This document shows, piece after piece, positions 55,194 through 64,000 of a stretch of DNA of 64,000 nt. Source of the DNA: Chloroflexota bacterium (GTDB lineage Bacteria; Chloroflexota; Dehalococcoidia; Lucifugimonadales; UBA3495); the NCBI GenBank assembly GCA_027623815.1, contig JAQBUV010000003.1, positions 20,830 to 84,829 on the forward strand. The letters are read 5' to 3'. A program made the position numbers and the translations under genes. The notes below the pieces were generated by a model that saw only the letters and a list, made by a program, of their open reading frames with translations, searched no databases and had not been told where the DNA came from. Position 1 is the first letter of the stretch. Each line of letters starts with the position of its first letter.

Positions 55194-57212
55194 TTATTTC
55201 GATAGATAAAGGTATTGATTGAACCAGGCCAAAGTCCGGGCCAGATATTCCTCCCGCATTTTGGGGTGTCCCGAACGCAAGAAGAGATGAGAACAGTCGG
55301 GAAACCGCACCATTTCAACTTCCTTGCCCAAGCGTTTGAGCATCGTAAAATACTCCTCGCTTTGGGATATGGGACATCGAGCGTCGGCTTCTCCGTGCAG
55401 CAATAAGACTGGCGTTTCCACTTGAGACACGTAGGAGATTGGCGATTTCTGCAGCAACTTCAGCGCAAATTGTTCAAAGCCGTTGGCCCCGGCCCGTTCA
55501 CCGGCTTGCTCACCTGCTTTATCACCTGCTTTCTCAATCGATGTGCCCCATTGAACCTCGCCAAAGCTGATGCCGATGTCGGACGTTCCATACATGCTGA
55601 GCAGATTGATACAGGGCGCTCCGACCACCGCCGCCTTGAACCGGCTGGTGTGTCCCAGCGTCCAACTGGCCATGTAGCCTCCGTAGCTGTAACCGTGGAC
55701 CCCCAGCCGGGTGTTGTCCACGTAAGGCCGGGACGCTACTTCGTCAACGGCGGCCATCAAGTCCAGATAGTCTTCGCCGCCCCAGTCGTTCAACACCGCC
55801 GTCATAAAATCGTCGCCATAGGTGGAGGAACCCCTGGGGTTTACCGCCAGCACCAGGTATCCGTTGGTGGCGAGTATTTGCTGCCAGGAGACGAACGAGT
55901 CGTAGAAGGCTCCGTTGGGGCCGCCGTGTATATCCAGTACAAGAGGGTACTTTTGCGACGGGTCAAAGTCTGGTGGAAAGTATAGCCGGCATTGAATGTA
56001 CCAGCCGTTTCTATTGATCGTGAATTTCTCCATCCCAGCCGGAGGATGAGCTATCAGGAAATCCCGATTGTAATTGGTGATCTGCTTGCTTTCCCTTGTG
56101 ATCAGGTCTAGATAATGCAGGTCGCTCGGCGACGTTGGTGAGGACGACACCACCGCAGCATGGTGGGCTGGCGAGTCCAAAGATAAATCTGAACTGGCCC
56201 AACCGCCGCCCAGCAGTTGGCGAGGTTCACCATCGGCCAGGGATATTCGGTACAGGAAGGACTCGCCGCGAGTTTCTCCTAACATCGTGATGCAATCGTC
56301 GTCGTCCCAGCGGATTTCCGGCGAACGCCCGGTGCTGGGGAAGGCAATGTAGGGCCGAAACGAGTCGTCGGTGATGCGTCGGGGCGGTTGGCCTGGCTCC
56401 AAAACATAGAGCCACCCCTGCCAGATGACCTGAAACGCGGCAGCCTCTGAGCCGACGGTAATTAGTTTCTCGCCGTCGGGTGACCATGCCAGCCCGCCGA
56501 CGCCGGTAAGCCCCTCCGACCACAGGTTTGCCTCACCTCCAGAGGTTGAAACGACGTACGCTTCAGTCAGGGCGAGAAAATCCCGGTCGTCACGGCGGCC
56601 TGAAATGAAAGCGATTCTGCTGCCGTCAGGCGACCATACCGGCGACAGGTCGTCCCAATCGCCGTCGGTTAGTTGGCGAATTGGGCCATCGCTTAGATTG
56701 ACAACGAAAAGGTGAAAATGGGAATCGCCACGCCAGCCCAAAGTGTCGTAACGGTAGCGGATGCGGTGCGCTTCCTTTACTTGGGGCAGCTCCGTTAAAT
56801 CCCCTGCACTGGGCGGAGACTCTGGATTAGTGTCGGCGCAGAAAACCAGGTGTCGGGAGTCAGGCGACCAGACGAAGTCAATTACCCCAACGGGTGTGGT
56901 GGTTATCTGTCTTGCTTCGCCGCCAAAAATATCTACAATCCAGAGTTGTTTGTGCTCATTATAATCGGCGCGCAGGAAGGCCACCGTATGACCATCGGGA
57001 GAGAACCGGGGAGCCGAGTCTTTATTACCCTCGGTGAAATCCGCCGCCTGTTCCGTGGCCAGGTCCATCATCATGATGTGGGAGCGGCTCTCCCACTGCT
57101 CTGGGTCAACCAATGACAGGGTGTAGGCTAGGCGAGAAGCGTCCGGGGAAATGGACGGGTCGGCGACGGTCTGGAGTTGGCGGATTAAGTCGGGGAGGAT
57201 GGGTTGGGGCAT
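55194..57212 (-). CDS. S9 family serine peptidase (prolyl oligopeptidase/acylaminoacyl-peptidase-like) with N-terminal beta-propeller
   Basis: Nucleophile elbow GYSYGGYM, ...LLLHGEADARCP..., and N-terminal repeats of the TolB/WD40-like type (SPDG...). Confidence 0.88.
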   Translation of the reverse strand: MPQPILPDLIRQLQTVADPSISPDASRLAYTLSLVDPEQWESRSHIMMMDLATEQAADFTEGNKDSAPRFSPDGHTVAFLRADYNEHKQLWIVDIFGGEARQITTTPVGVIDFVWSPDSRHLVFCADTNPESPPSAGDLTELPQVKEAHRIRYRYDTLGWRGDSHFHLFVVNLSDGPIRQLTDGDWDDLSPVWSPDGSRIAFISGRRDDRDFLALTEAYVVSTSGGEANLWSEGLTGVGGLAWSPDGEKLITVGSEAAAFQVIWQGWLYVLEPGQPPRRITDDSFRPYIAFPSTGRSPEIRWDDDDCITMLGETRGESFLYRISLADGEPRQLLGGGWASSDLSLDSPAHHAAVVSSSPTSPSDLHYLDLITRESKQITNYNRDFLIAHPPAGMEKFTINRNGWYIQCRLYFPPDFDPSQKYPLVLDIHGGPNGAFYDSFVSWQQILATNGYLVLAVNPRGSSTYGDDFMTAVLNDWGGEDYLDLMAAVDEVASRPYVDNTRLGVHGYSYGGYMASWTLGHTSRFKAAVVGAPCINLLSMYGTSDIGISFGEVQWGTSIEKAGDKAGEQAGERAGANGFEQFALKLLQKSPISYVSQVETPVLLLHGEADARCPISQSEEYFTMLKRLGKEVEMVRFPDCSHLFLRSGHPKMREEYLARTLAWFNQYLYLSK

Positions 57213-57362
57213 GGGGCTCCTGTCGGTTACGTAAGCTGCTCAGCCTCATAGGCTTTTGAGCGATTATACTAAACCGAATCCAGCTTGGGGCAGGAGGACG
57301 CATTAGATATTTTTTCTGACTGGCTGAAGATGAGGATTGAACTGGGATGTTTTGTTTCGTAG

Positions 57363-57439
57363 TGGTGGGCGGTACTGGACTCGAACCAGTGACCTCTGCG
57401 ATGTCAACGCAGTGCTCTAACCAGCTGAGCTAACCGCCC
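57363..57439 (-). tRNA. tRNA-Val (anticodon GAC), genomically encoded CCA
   Basis: The reverse complement reads GGGCGGTTAGCTCAGCTGGTTAGAGCACTGCGTTGACATCGCAGAGGTCACTGGTTCGAGTCCAGTACCGCCCACCA. This folds as a perfect cloverleaf: 7-bp acceptor stem, GCTC/GAGC D stem, CTGCG/CGCAG anticodon stem with loop TTGACAT, and ACTGG/CCAGT T stem. Confidence 0.95.
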
Positions 57440-57647
57440 GTGCAACTGTGAGGCTACCGTCAACTAGGCAACGTGATCTATTTTCCCCGAAAGTTCCCGG
57501 TTTGTCTATGGTATTTTGTAGGGGGAAATTCCTGTAGGCATCTTGCACCTTCCCCATAGCCTCCTCTCTTGCTAGAATTGAGGAGTCGAACAACTGAAGC
57601 GTTTAGAGGTAAATACCCCGAATCCACCTCGAATTAATGGGGGTAAA

Positions 57648-58181
57648 ATGCACATTGTCATCGCTGCAATTACGGCGATTGGTGGGTTGATTTGGGCGTT
57701 GGTCGCGCTGCACCGGTCCGGTTTCACGCTGAGTTATCTCGACCCATTTGCCTGGTATCGACTAACCCAGTGGAAGAATAGGCTAGCCATAAACCCGCTG
57801 TATAACTTGGAAACCCCGGTGGAAGCCGCCGCCGTCTTGCTCCTTGGTGTGGCGAAATGTGAAGGCGAGATTAGCTCGGAGCAGAAAAAAGAACTCACAT
57901 CTATTTTCGAGAATGATCTTCACCAAACCCCCGACGATGCAGCTGAATTGTTGGTGTCCAGCGCGTACCTGACCCGAAACGAAATCTACCTAGTCGACAA
58001 CATCCATAAAATACTGGAGAAGAGCGCTGATGGATTCGCCCAGACCCACGTTCAGTCCTTATTGTCACTAATGCGCCGGGTCAGTACCCTTGATGGCCCA
58101 ACCAACCAGGAACAGGAAAAGCTGATCGGTGAGACCGATAGGTACTTCAAAACAAAGGCGAGCCGAAAATCTGCCTGGTAA
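57648..58181 (+). CDS. Membrane-anchored TerB-like (tellurite-resistance TerB / DjlA N-domain-like) protein
   Basis: 177 aa with an N-terminal TM helix (IVIAAITAIGGLIWALVAL). ...AAAVLLLGVAKCEGEISSEQKKEL... resembles the TerB fold pattern. Tentative. Confidence 0.45.
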   Translation: MHIVIAAITAIGGLIWALVALHRSGFTLSYLDPFAWYRLTQWKNRLAINPLYNLETPVEAAAVLLLGVAKCEGEISSEQKKELTSIFENDLHQTPDDAAELLVSSAYLTRNEIYLVDNIHKILEKSADGFAQTHVQSLLSLMRRVSTLDGPTNQEQEKLIGETDRYFKTKASRKSAW

Positions 58182-58489
58182 CACGGCTGCCTTTTCGAGA
58201 AACTAGCCCAACTATCTTAGCCAACCGCCCATGCCTCAATTAGCTTAGAAATGGCCTTGGTGAGCGTCAAGTTGAATCTCTGTTCGTCTTCCTGGTGCTA
58301 TCCGCTTTATGCCCACAGCCTTTTGACCTTCTGTCCTGACCAAGCCGACTCTTGCTCATGTGGCCCACGGAACGTTTACAATGTACGCCGGGCCATGTTA
58401 AAAATGGCTGGTCAATCCTTTTGTAAATCAAACTGTTTCCGTCTGCAATTTACGCAGGCTCGGTTCAGTAGTGCGATGGAGGTACTGGT

Positions 58490-60442
58490 ATGGTAGAGAA
58501 CACCGGCGGCATCGAGGCGCTGCTTCACGAGGACCGCACATTCCCGCCTTCTGAAGAATTCAGGAAGCAGGCCAACATCAGCGACCCCAACGTCTATGAA
58601 GAGGCCCGCCGCGACCCGGAGGCTTTCTGGGCCAAGTTCGCTGAAGAGTTGGACTGGTTCAAGAAATGGGACAAGGTCTTGGAATGGAATCCGCCCTTCG
58701 CCAAGTGGTTCGTTGGCGGGAAGCTCAACGTCTCGTACAACTGCCTTGACCGGCACCTGAAGTCGGCCCGCAAAAACAAGGCCGCCATCATCTGGGAGGG
58801 CGAGCCGGGCGACTGGGCGGTGTACACCTACCGAGACCTGTATCGGGAAGTCTGCAAGTTTGCCAACGGGCTGAAGAGTCTCGGCGTCAAGAAGGGCGAC
58901 CGGGTCACGATCTACCTGCCCATGGTGCCGGAATTGCCCATCGCCATGCTGGCCTGCGCCCGCATCGGCGCGCCCCACAGCGTGGTGTTCGGCGGATTCA
59001 GCGCCGAGTCTCTACGCGACCGCATCAACGACTCGCAGTCCAGGGTGATGATCACAGCTGACGGCGGCTATCGTCGGGGGAATGTAGTCCCCCTGAAGCA
59101 AAACGCCGACGACTCGGTTACCGGAGAAACTCCGGTGGAGCATGTGGTGGTGGTGCGTCGCACGGGCACCGCCGACGACAAGATGATGTCCGGTCGAGAT
59201 ATCTGGTGGCACGACCTGGTGGCCGACCAGCCGCTGACCTGCGAGCCGGAGCATATGGACAGCGAGGACATGCTGTACATGCTCTACACCAGCGGCACCA
59301 CCGGCAAGCCCAAGGGCATTGTCCACACCACCGGCGGCTACCTCACCGGAACCTACGCCACCACCAAGTGGGTTTTTGACCTTAAAGAAGACGACGTTTA
59401 CTGGTGCACCGCCGATATTGGCTGGGTCACTGGGCACAGCTATATTGTGTACGGCCCGCTGGCCAATGGAGCCACCTCGGTGATGTACGAGGGGTCACCC
59501 GACTACCCGGACCGGGACCGGTTCTGGTCTATCGTGGAAAAGTACGCCTGCACTATTCTGTACACTGCTCCCACCGCCATTCGCACCTTCATGCGCTGGG
59601 GTGAGGAATATCCGGCTAAGCACGATATGTCCAGCCTGCGCTTGCTGGGATCGGTGGGCGAGCCAATCAATCCAGAGGCTTGGGTCTGGTACTGGCAGAC
59701 CATCGGCGGCGGTCGCTGTCCGGTGGTGGATACCTGGTGGCAGACCGAGACCGGCTCGATTCTGATTACACCCCTGCCAGGCATAACTACACTAAAACCC
59801 GGCTCGGCCACTCATACTTTCCCCGGCGTTGAGGCCGACGTCCTGGACGAAGCGGGCAACTCGGTGGGGCCAGGCGGCGGGGGATATCTGGTGCTGACCA
59901 AGCCCTGGCCGGCCATGCTGCGCAACATCTACGGCGACCCGGAGCGGTTCAAGGAGACGTACTGGTCCAAGTACCCCAATATCTATTTTGCTGGCGACGG
60001 GGCCAAAATCGACGAGGAAGGCTACTATTGGTTGCTGGGCCGGGTGGACGACGTAATTAATGTGGCGGCCCACCGGGTCAGCACCATGGAAGTTGAGAGC
60101 GCCCTGGTGGACAATCCCAAAGTAGCTGAAGCCGCCTGCATTGGCCGCACTGACGAGATCAAAGGCCAGGCAATTGTGGCATTTGTGACCATCAAGGACA
60201 ACGTAACGGCATCGGATGCGCTGATCGCCGAGTTGAAGCAGCACGTCGCTACCAAGATTGGCCCCATCTGCCGCCCGGACGACATTTACTTCGCCGCCGA
60301 ACTGCCCAAAACTCGCAGCGGCAAGATCATGCGCCGCTTGCTGCGCGACGTGGCCGAAGGTCGCACCCTGGGCGACACCACTACACTGGCAGACCCGGCG
60401 GTGGTGCAGTCCCTCAAAGAACAGTACGGGGATGAAGATTAG
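58490..60442 (+). CDS. acs: Acetate--CoA ligase (acetyl-CoA synthetase)
   Basis: 650 aa. AMP-binding [11 protein letters not shown] and ...WWQTETG.... The C-terminal ...[11 protein letters not shown]... includes the acetylatable Lys context. Confidence 0.95.
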   Translation: MVENTGGIEALLHEDRTFPPSEEFRKQANISDPNVYEEARRDPEAFWAKFAEELDWFKKWDKVLEWNPPFAKWFVGGKLNVSYNCLDRHLKSARKNKAAIIWEGEPGDWAVYTYRDLYREVCKFANGLKSLGVKKGDRVTIYLPMVPELPIAMLACARIGAPHSVVFGGFSAESLRDRINDSQSRVMITADGGYRRGNVVPLKQNADDSVTGETPVEHVVVVRRTGTADDKMMSGRDIWWHDLVADQPLTCEPEHMDSEDMLYMLYTSGTTGKPKGIVHTTGGYLTGTYATTKWVFDLKEDDVYWCTADIGWVTGHSYIVYGPLANGATSVMYEGSPDYPDRDRFWSIVEKYACTILYTAPTAIRTFMRWGEEYPAKHDMSSLRLLGSVGEPINPEAWVWYWQTIGGGRCPVVDTWWQTETGSILITPLPGITTLKPGSATHTFPGVEADVLDEAGNSVGPGGGGYLVLTKPWPAMLRNIYGDPERFKETYWSKYPNIYFAGDGAKIDEEGYYWLLGRVDDVINVAAHRVSTMEVESALVDNPKVAEAACIGRTDEIKGQAIVAFVTIKDNVTASDALIAELKQHVATKIGPICRPDDIYFAAELPKTRSGKIMRRLLRDVAEGRTLGDTTTLADPAVVQSLKEQYGDED

Positions 60443-60477
60443 CCGAAGGATTATTTTCCTAAGCCGTTTTACTTTGA

Positions 60478-60510
60478 AGGCCCTTTTCCCAACCAAATGA
60501 GGAAGGGCCT
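60478..60510 (+). terminator. Possible terminator hairpin after acs
   Basis: AGGCCCTT (60478-60485), a 17-nt loop, then AAGGGCCT (60503-60510), followed by GCTCGTTGTT. Only a moderate T-tract. Confidence 0.35.
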
Positions 60511-60602
60511 GCTCGTTGTTCCACCCAACCGCCGCTGGTATACTGGTCTGTGCCGCATCAACGCAGAAAATTTGGGCCAGCTAACATTACCAGCTAGCAT
60601 TA

Positions 60603-62090
60603 ATGGAATACGAAACAGTCATCGGTTTAGAAGTCCACGTCCAGCTTCAGACCAAGAGCAAAATGTTCTGCTCCTGTCCTGCGGACTACCAAACTGCGCC
60701 CGCTAACAGTAATGTCTGCCCGGTGTGCCTGGGTCTGCCCGGAACCCTGCCGGTGATCAACCGCAAGGCGGTGGAGTACACCGTCACCACCGGCCTGGCC
60801 CTCAACTGCCGGATACCTGAATACTCCAAGTTTGACCGCAAGAACTACCCATACCCGGATTTGATGAAAGGCTACCAGATTTCCCAGTTCGATCTGCCTC
60901 TGGCGGTGGAAGGGACTCTGGAGATAGAAGTTGACGGTGAGACCAAACTGGTCGGGATTGAGCGGGTGCATCTGGAAGAAGACGTGGCCAAACTTCAGCA
61001 CGTTAACCCCCTTGGTGGCGCATCCTACAGCCTGGTGGACGTCAACCGCTCCGGTACTCCATTGATGGAGATCGTCAGCAAGCCTGATATGCGCTCCGCT
61101 GAGGAAGCTCGCGCTTACCTGACCAAACTGCATTCGGTGGTGCAATATCTGGGCGTTTCGGCGGCCAATATGCAAGAAGGCAACTTTCGGTGTGATGCCA
61201 ACGTCAGCATCCGGCCCAAAGGCGCAACCGAGTACGGGACGCGCACCGAAGTAAAAAACATGAACAGTCTTCGCTCGGTGTACTTGGCCGTGAACTTCGA
61301 GGTCGAACGCCAGCGCATGATTGTCGAGGACGGCGGCAAGGTGGTGCAGGAAACCCGGGGTTGGGTGGATGACCGCAATGTTACCGTTTCTCAGCGCAGC
61401 AAAGAGCAGGCCCACGACTACCGCTATTTCCCGGAGCCGGACCTGCCGCCGCTGGTGATCGCGCCGGCCTGGGTCGAAGAAATACGCCGTCAACTTCCTG
61501 AGTTGGCCTCCCAGCGCAAAATTCGTTTCATTGAGCAGTACGGTCTGTCGGAGTACGATGCCCGGCTGCTGACCAACTCCAAAGCGATGGCCGATTACTA
61601 TGAAAATGTACTGGGCCAGAAACCGCTAAAGGGCAGCACTCTGGAAGCCTTCGCCAAGAATGTCAGCAACTGGATGCTGGGAGACCTCAGCCGGTTGCTG
61701 AACCTGGCGGGTCAGGAAATCCGGGAAATCAATGAGTCTAGGGTGACACCGGCCCATCTGGCGGAACTGGTAGATTTGATCGACTCGGGCACTTTGAGCG
61801 TCACAATGGGCAAAACCGTGCTGGAAGAAGCTTTCGCCAGCGGCGACTCACCGAGTAAAATAGTCGAAGAAAAGGGTTACAGCCAGATCAGCGACTCATC
61901 GGCGGTGGAATCGGCGGTGGCCGACGCAATAGAAGCGAATCCCAAAGCGGTAGAGGACTACCGGAGCGGCAAGGAATCGGCCGCCGGGTTTCTGGTTGGC
62001 CAGGTGATGAAAATAACCAGAGGCCAGGCAAAACCCGACTTGGTCCAGAAATTAGTCAGAGAAAAATTGGAATCATCCAAAAACGGTTGA
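60603..62090 (+). CDS. gatB: Asp-tRNA(Asn)/Glu-tRNA(Gln) amidotransferase subunit B
   Basis: [23 protein letters not shown].... gatA and gatC are not adjacent. Confidence 0.95.
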   Translation: MEYETVIGLEVHVQLQTKSKMFCSCPADYQTAPANSNVCPVCLGLPGTLPVINRKAVEYTVTTGLALNCRIPEYSKFDRKNYPYPDLMKGYQISQFDLPLAVEGTLEIEVDGETKLVGIERVHLEEDVAKLQHVNPLGGASYSLVDVNRSGTPLMEIVSKPDMRSAEEARAYLTKLHSVVQYLGVSAANMQEGNFRCDANVSIRPKGATEYGTRTEVKNMNSLRSVYLAVNFEVERQRMIVEDGGKVVQETRGWVDDRNVTVSQRSKEQAHDYRYFPEPDLPPLVIAPAWVEEIRRQLPELASQRKIRFIEQYGLSEYDARLLTNSKAMADYYENVLGQKPLKGSTLEAFAKNVSNWMLGDLSRLLNLAGQEIREINESRVTPAHLAELVDLIDSGTLSVTMGKTVLEEAFASGDSPSKIVEEKGYSQISDSSAVESAVADAIEANPKAVEDYRSGKESAAGFLVGQVMKITRGQAKPDLVQKLVREKLESSKNG

Positions 62091-62097
62091 GGATTGA

Positions 62098-62310
62098 ATG
62101 CCCTTTCTTAACGCCGCCCAAATCATTGTGTCAATCGTCTTGGTGCTGATCATATTGTCCCAGGTAAAGGAAAGTGGGGCTGGACTGTTCGGCAGCTCTC
62201 AGAGCGCGGGCCGCACCAGGCGGGGACTAGAGAAGACTCTGTTTCAGTTCACCATCGTTCTGTCAGTGGTTTTCCTGGCCGTGTCGATTATCAGTGTTCG
62301 ATTGGCTTAG
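62098..62310 (+). CDS. secG: Preprotein translocase subunit SecG
   Basis: 70 aa with two TM helices flanking ...SGAGLFGSSQS.... Confidence 0.8.
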   Translation: MPFLNAAQIIVSIVLVLIILSQVKESGAGLFGSSQSAGRTRRGLEKTLFQFTIVLSVVFLAVSIISVRLA

Positions 62311-62330
62311 CGAGTAGCTTAAGACTCGGT

Positions 62331-63182
62331 ATGACCAACGGTATTACCACCCAGGCGCCAATAGTCCTCACCACCGACTTCGGTCTGTCCGACCCCTACG
62401 TGGGAGTGATGAAGGGAGTAATCCTGAGCATCAACCCCCAAGCCACGATTATTGACCTGACCCACCAGATTCAGCCCCAGAACATTCGGCAGGCCGCCTT
62501 TATGTTGGGTACCAGCCATAACTTCTTCCCCAAGGACTCCATCCACATGGTGGTGGTTGACCCAGGAGTGGGCACCGAGCGCAAAGCGGTTCTATTGATC
62601 ACACCTACCGCCAAATTTTTGGCTCCGGATAACGGAGTCTTGAGCTATATTCTGTCGGAGCACTTGGATTCTCTGCCGGAGGTCGCTGGCGTGCTGCCAG
62701 TCCCGCCGCAATGTAGCGCCTACCAGTTGACCAACCCTGACTATTGGCTACATCCGGTCAGCAACACATTTCACGGTCGGGACGTGTTCGCTCCCGCCGC
62801 CGCGCACCTATCGCTTGACGTAGACCCAAATATGATGGGAGAGCCGCTGCTGAACCTGGTCTGGCGTCCGCCGTCAAAGCCGGTGCAGGCAAACAACCGC
62901 ATTACTGGCGAAGTTATTTACGCCGACCATTTTGGTAATCTGATCACCAATATCCCCCAGTCTATGCTGGGCGGCGCGGCCAAGGTGGTAGTCGAGATCA
63001 AGGGCCACCGCATCGGGGGTTTAAGCCGTACGTTCCACGGCAACCCAGGCCGCTCTTCTGTAGAACCCCTGGCCTTGCTGGGCAGCAACGGCTACTTGGA
63101 GATTGCAATGCCCGACGCCAGCGCTCAAGGAATACTGAAAGTCGGTTCTGGCGAGCCGGTGTCGGTGCGGTTCGTTGCGTAA
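62331..63182 (+). CDS. SAM hydrolase / SAM-dependent halogenase family protein (DUF62)
   Basis: ...VLTTDFGLSDPYVGVMKGVI... and ...FHGRDVFAPAAAHL... are typical of the family. Confidence 0.85.
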   Translation: MTNGITTQAPIVLTTDFGLSDPYVGVMKGVILSINPQATIIDLTHQIQPQNIRQAAFMLGTSHNFFPKDSIHMVVVDPGVGTERKAVLLITPTAKFLAPDNGVLSYILSEHLDSLPEVAGVLPVPPQCSAYQLTNPDYWLHPVSNTFHGRDVFAPAAAHLSLDVDPNMMGEPLLNLVWRPPSKPVQANNRITGEVIYADHFGNLITNIPQSMLGGAAKVVVEIKGHRIGGLSRTFHGNPGRSSVEPLALLGSNGYLEIAMPDASAQGILKVGSGEPVSVRFVA

Positions 63183-63239
63183 CTGGGGCCGCATTGTTCA
63201 CCCCCTTATTCCACAGGTGCCCCTGGCGGTTTAAAGCTC

Positions 63240-63267
63240 TTGACATCGCCTTGCCTGGTGCTACCAT
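63240..63267 (+). promoter_or_regulatory. Putative sigma-70 promoter
   Basis: TTGACA (63240-63245), a 16-nt spacer, then TACCAT (63262-63267), upstream of ATG 63305. Confidence 0.4.
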
Positions 63268-63304
63268 GGGGGCATATTTCAGCTATCAGTATCGGGGGAA
63301 TGTC

Positions 63305-64000
63305 ATGGATTTAGACCAGAAAACTCTGCTGAATCTGTACAAGACAATGACTACCATTCGCCATTTTGAGGAGCGGGGTATCCCTGAAACCGGCCAGCGG
63401 CAGATGTCGGCTTCGGTCCATTCTTCAGCAGGCCAAGAGGCGGTGCCCACTGGAGTGTGCGCCCACCTCACAGTAGACGACTACATCGGCAGCACCCATC
63501 GCGGTCACGGCCACTGCATCGCCAAGGGGGTTGACCCCAAGTTGATGATGGCTGAATTGTTCGGTCGCGCCACCGGCACCAACCAGGGCAAGGGCGGTTC
63601 GATGCACATCGCTGACATGAGCAAGGGCATGCTCGGCACCAACGGTGTCGTCGCGGCCAGCGTGCCCCTGGCAGTGGGTGCGGCGCTAACCTCCAAGCTG
63701 CGTAAACTTGGCCGGGTAGCCGTGGCCTTCTTCGGTGACGGAGGGGCCAATCAAGGGGTGCTCCACGAGAGCATGAACCTGGCGTCGGTGTGGAAGCTTC
63801 CCGTCATCTTCTGTTGCGAGAACAACGGCTACGCCGAGTCTACGCCGGTGGAGTATGGACTTTCGGTGGCTAACGTGGCTGACCGAGCGGCCGGCTACGA
63901 CATGCCCGGGTTCACTGTCGATGGCATGGACGTGTTCGCGGTCTACGAGGCGGCAGGACAGGCGGTGGCGAGGGCGCGGGCTGGGGAAGGCCCGACTCTG
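63305..64000 (+). CDS. Thiamine-diphosphate-dependent 2-oxoacid dehydrogenase E1 component, alpha subunit (partial, runs off the window)
   Basis: My translation from ATG 63305 reads MDLDQKTLLNLYKTMTTIRHFEER...GSTHRGHGHCIAKG...GKGGSMH...FFGDGGANQG...ENNGYAES. The frame is open to 64000 (232 codons). Confidence 0.88.
   Translation, partial: MDLDQKTLLNLYKTMTTIRHFEERGIPETGQRQMSASVHSSAGQEAVPTGVCAHLTVDDYIGSTHRGHGHCIAKGVDPKLMMAELFGRATGTNQGKGGSMHIADMSKGMLGTNGVVAASVPLAVGAALTSKLRKLGRVAVAFFGDGGANQGVLHESMNLASVWKLPVIFCCENNGYAESTPVEYGLSVANVADRAAGYDMPGFTVDGMDVFAVYEAAGQAVARARAGEGPTL

Noticed and set aside
57213-57647. The tRNA-Val flanks as a possible integration hotspot or genomic island boundary.
   Set aside because: There is no integrase or recombinase, no direct repeat of the tRNA 3' end, and the flanking genes (S9 peptidase, TerB-like, acs) look like native chromosomal genes.
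58251-58496. A Cys-rich 81-aa plus-strand ORF in the acs upstream region.
   Set aside because: It has no SD, it overlaps a plausible acs promoter (TTTACA-17-TTAAAA), and it runs into the acs start in another frame. The composition looks like translated non-coding DNA.

Overview
This is a dense bacterial chromosomal segment with about 60 protein genes and one tRNA. Reading by eye, I found no rRNA, CRISPR array, transposase or integrase. Most of the content is core housekeeping. It includes uvrA, a ybeY-dnaX-ybaB-recR-recO chain, infC-rpmI-rplT and pheS-pheT-moeA. It also includes a roughly 25-kb block (32.4-57.4 kb) in which every clearly supported gene is on the minus strand (the only plus-strand call there is a low-confidence small ORF at 54.8-55.2 kb). 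That block carries the widely conserved array rpsB-tsf-pyrH-frr-uppS-cdsA-dxr-rseP-ispG-proS, followed by pgpA, nfo, secDF, cca, def, priA and rplS. The right end holds acs, gatB, secG, a DUF62-type SAM hydrolase and a partial E1-alpha dehydrogenase gene. Several features would fit a Chloroflexota-like genome: a short EF-Ts (167 aa), many GTG/TTG starts, frequent 1-10 nt gene overlaps, and low-complexity C-terminal tails on housekeeping proteins. I cannot establish taxonomy without a database search. I do not see a clear-cut new multi-gene system. The best candidate for follow-up is the plus-strand island at 30.4-32.4 kb. It has a promoter whose spacer contains a perfect GAAC-N4-GTTC (Cheo/SOS-box type) palindrome. 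That promoter drives a translationally coupled pair: a tail-anchored zinc-ribbon protein and a divergent RuvC-like protein that lacks the expected catalytic Glu. Next comes a near-consensus promoter with a structured leader and two overlapping unknown genes. Secondary observations are: a REP-like dispersed inverted-repeat family at three intergenic sites, recurrent short perfect tandem duplications confined to intergenic DNA, an ATA-initiated infC, a split acyl-CoA-carboxylase alpha-like gene pair with no carboxyltransferase nearby, a NarI-like::HdrD-like fusion next to a 2-hydroxyacid dehydrogenase, and two unknown lipoproteins. All functional calls come from motif recognition in the supplied or my own translations. 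No searches were run.
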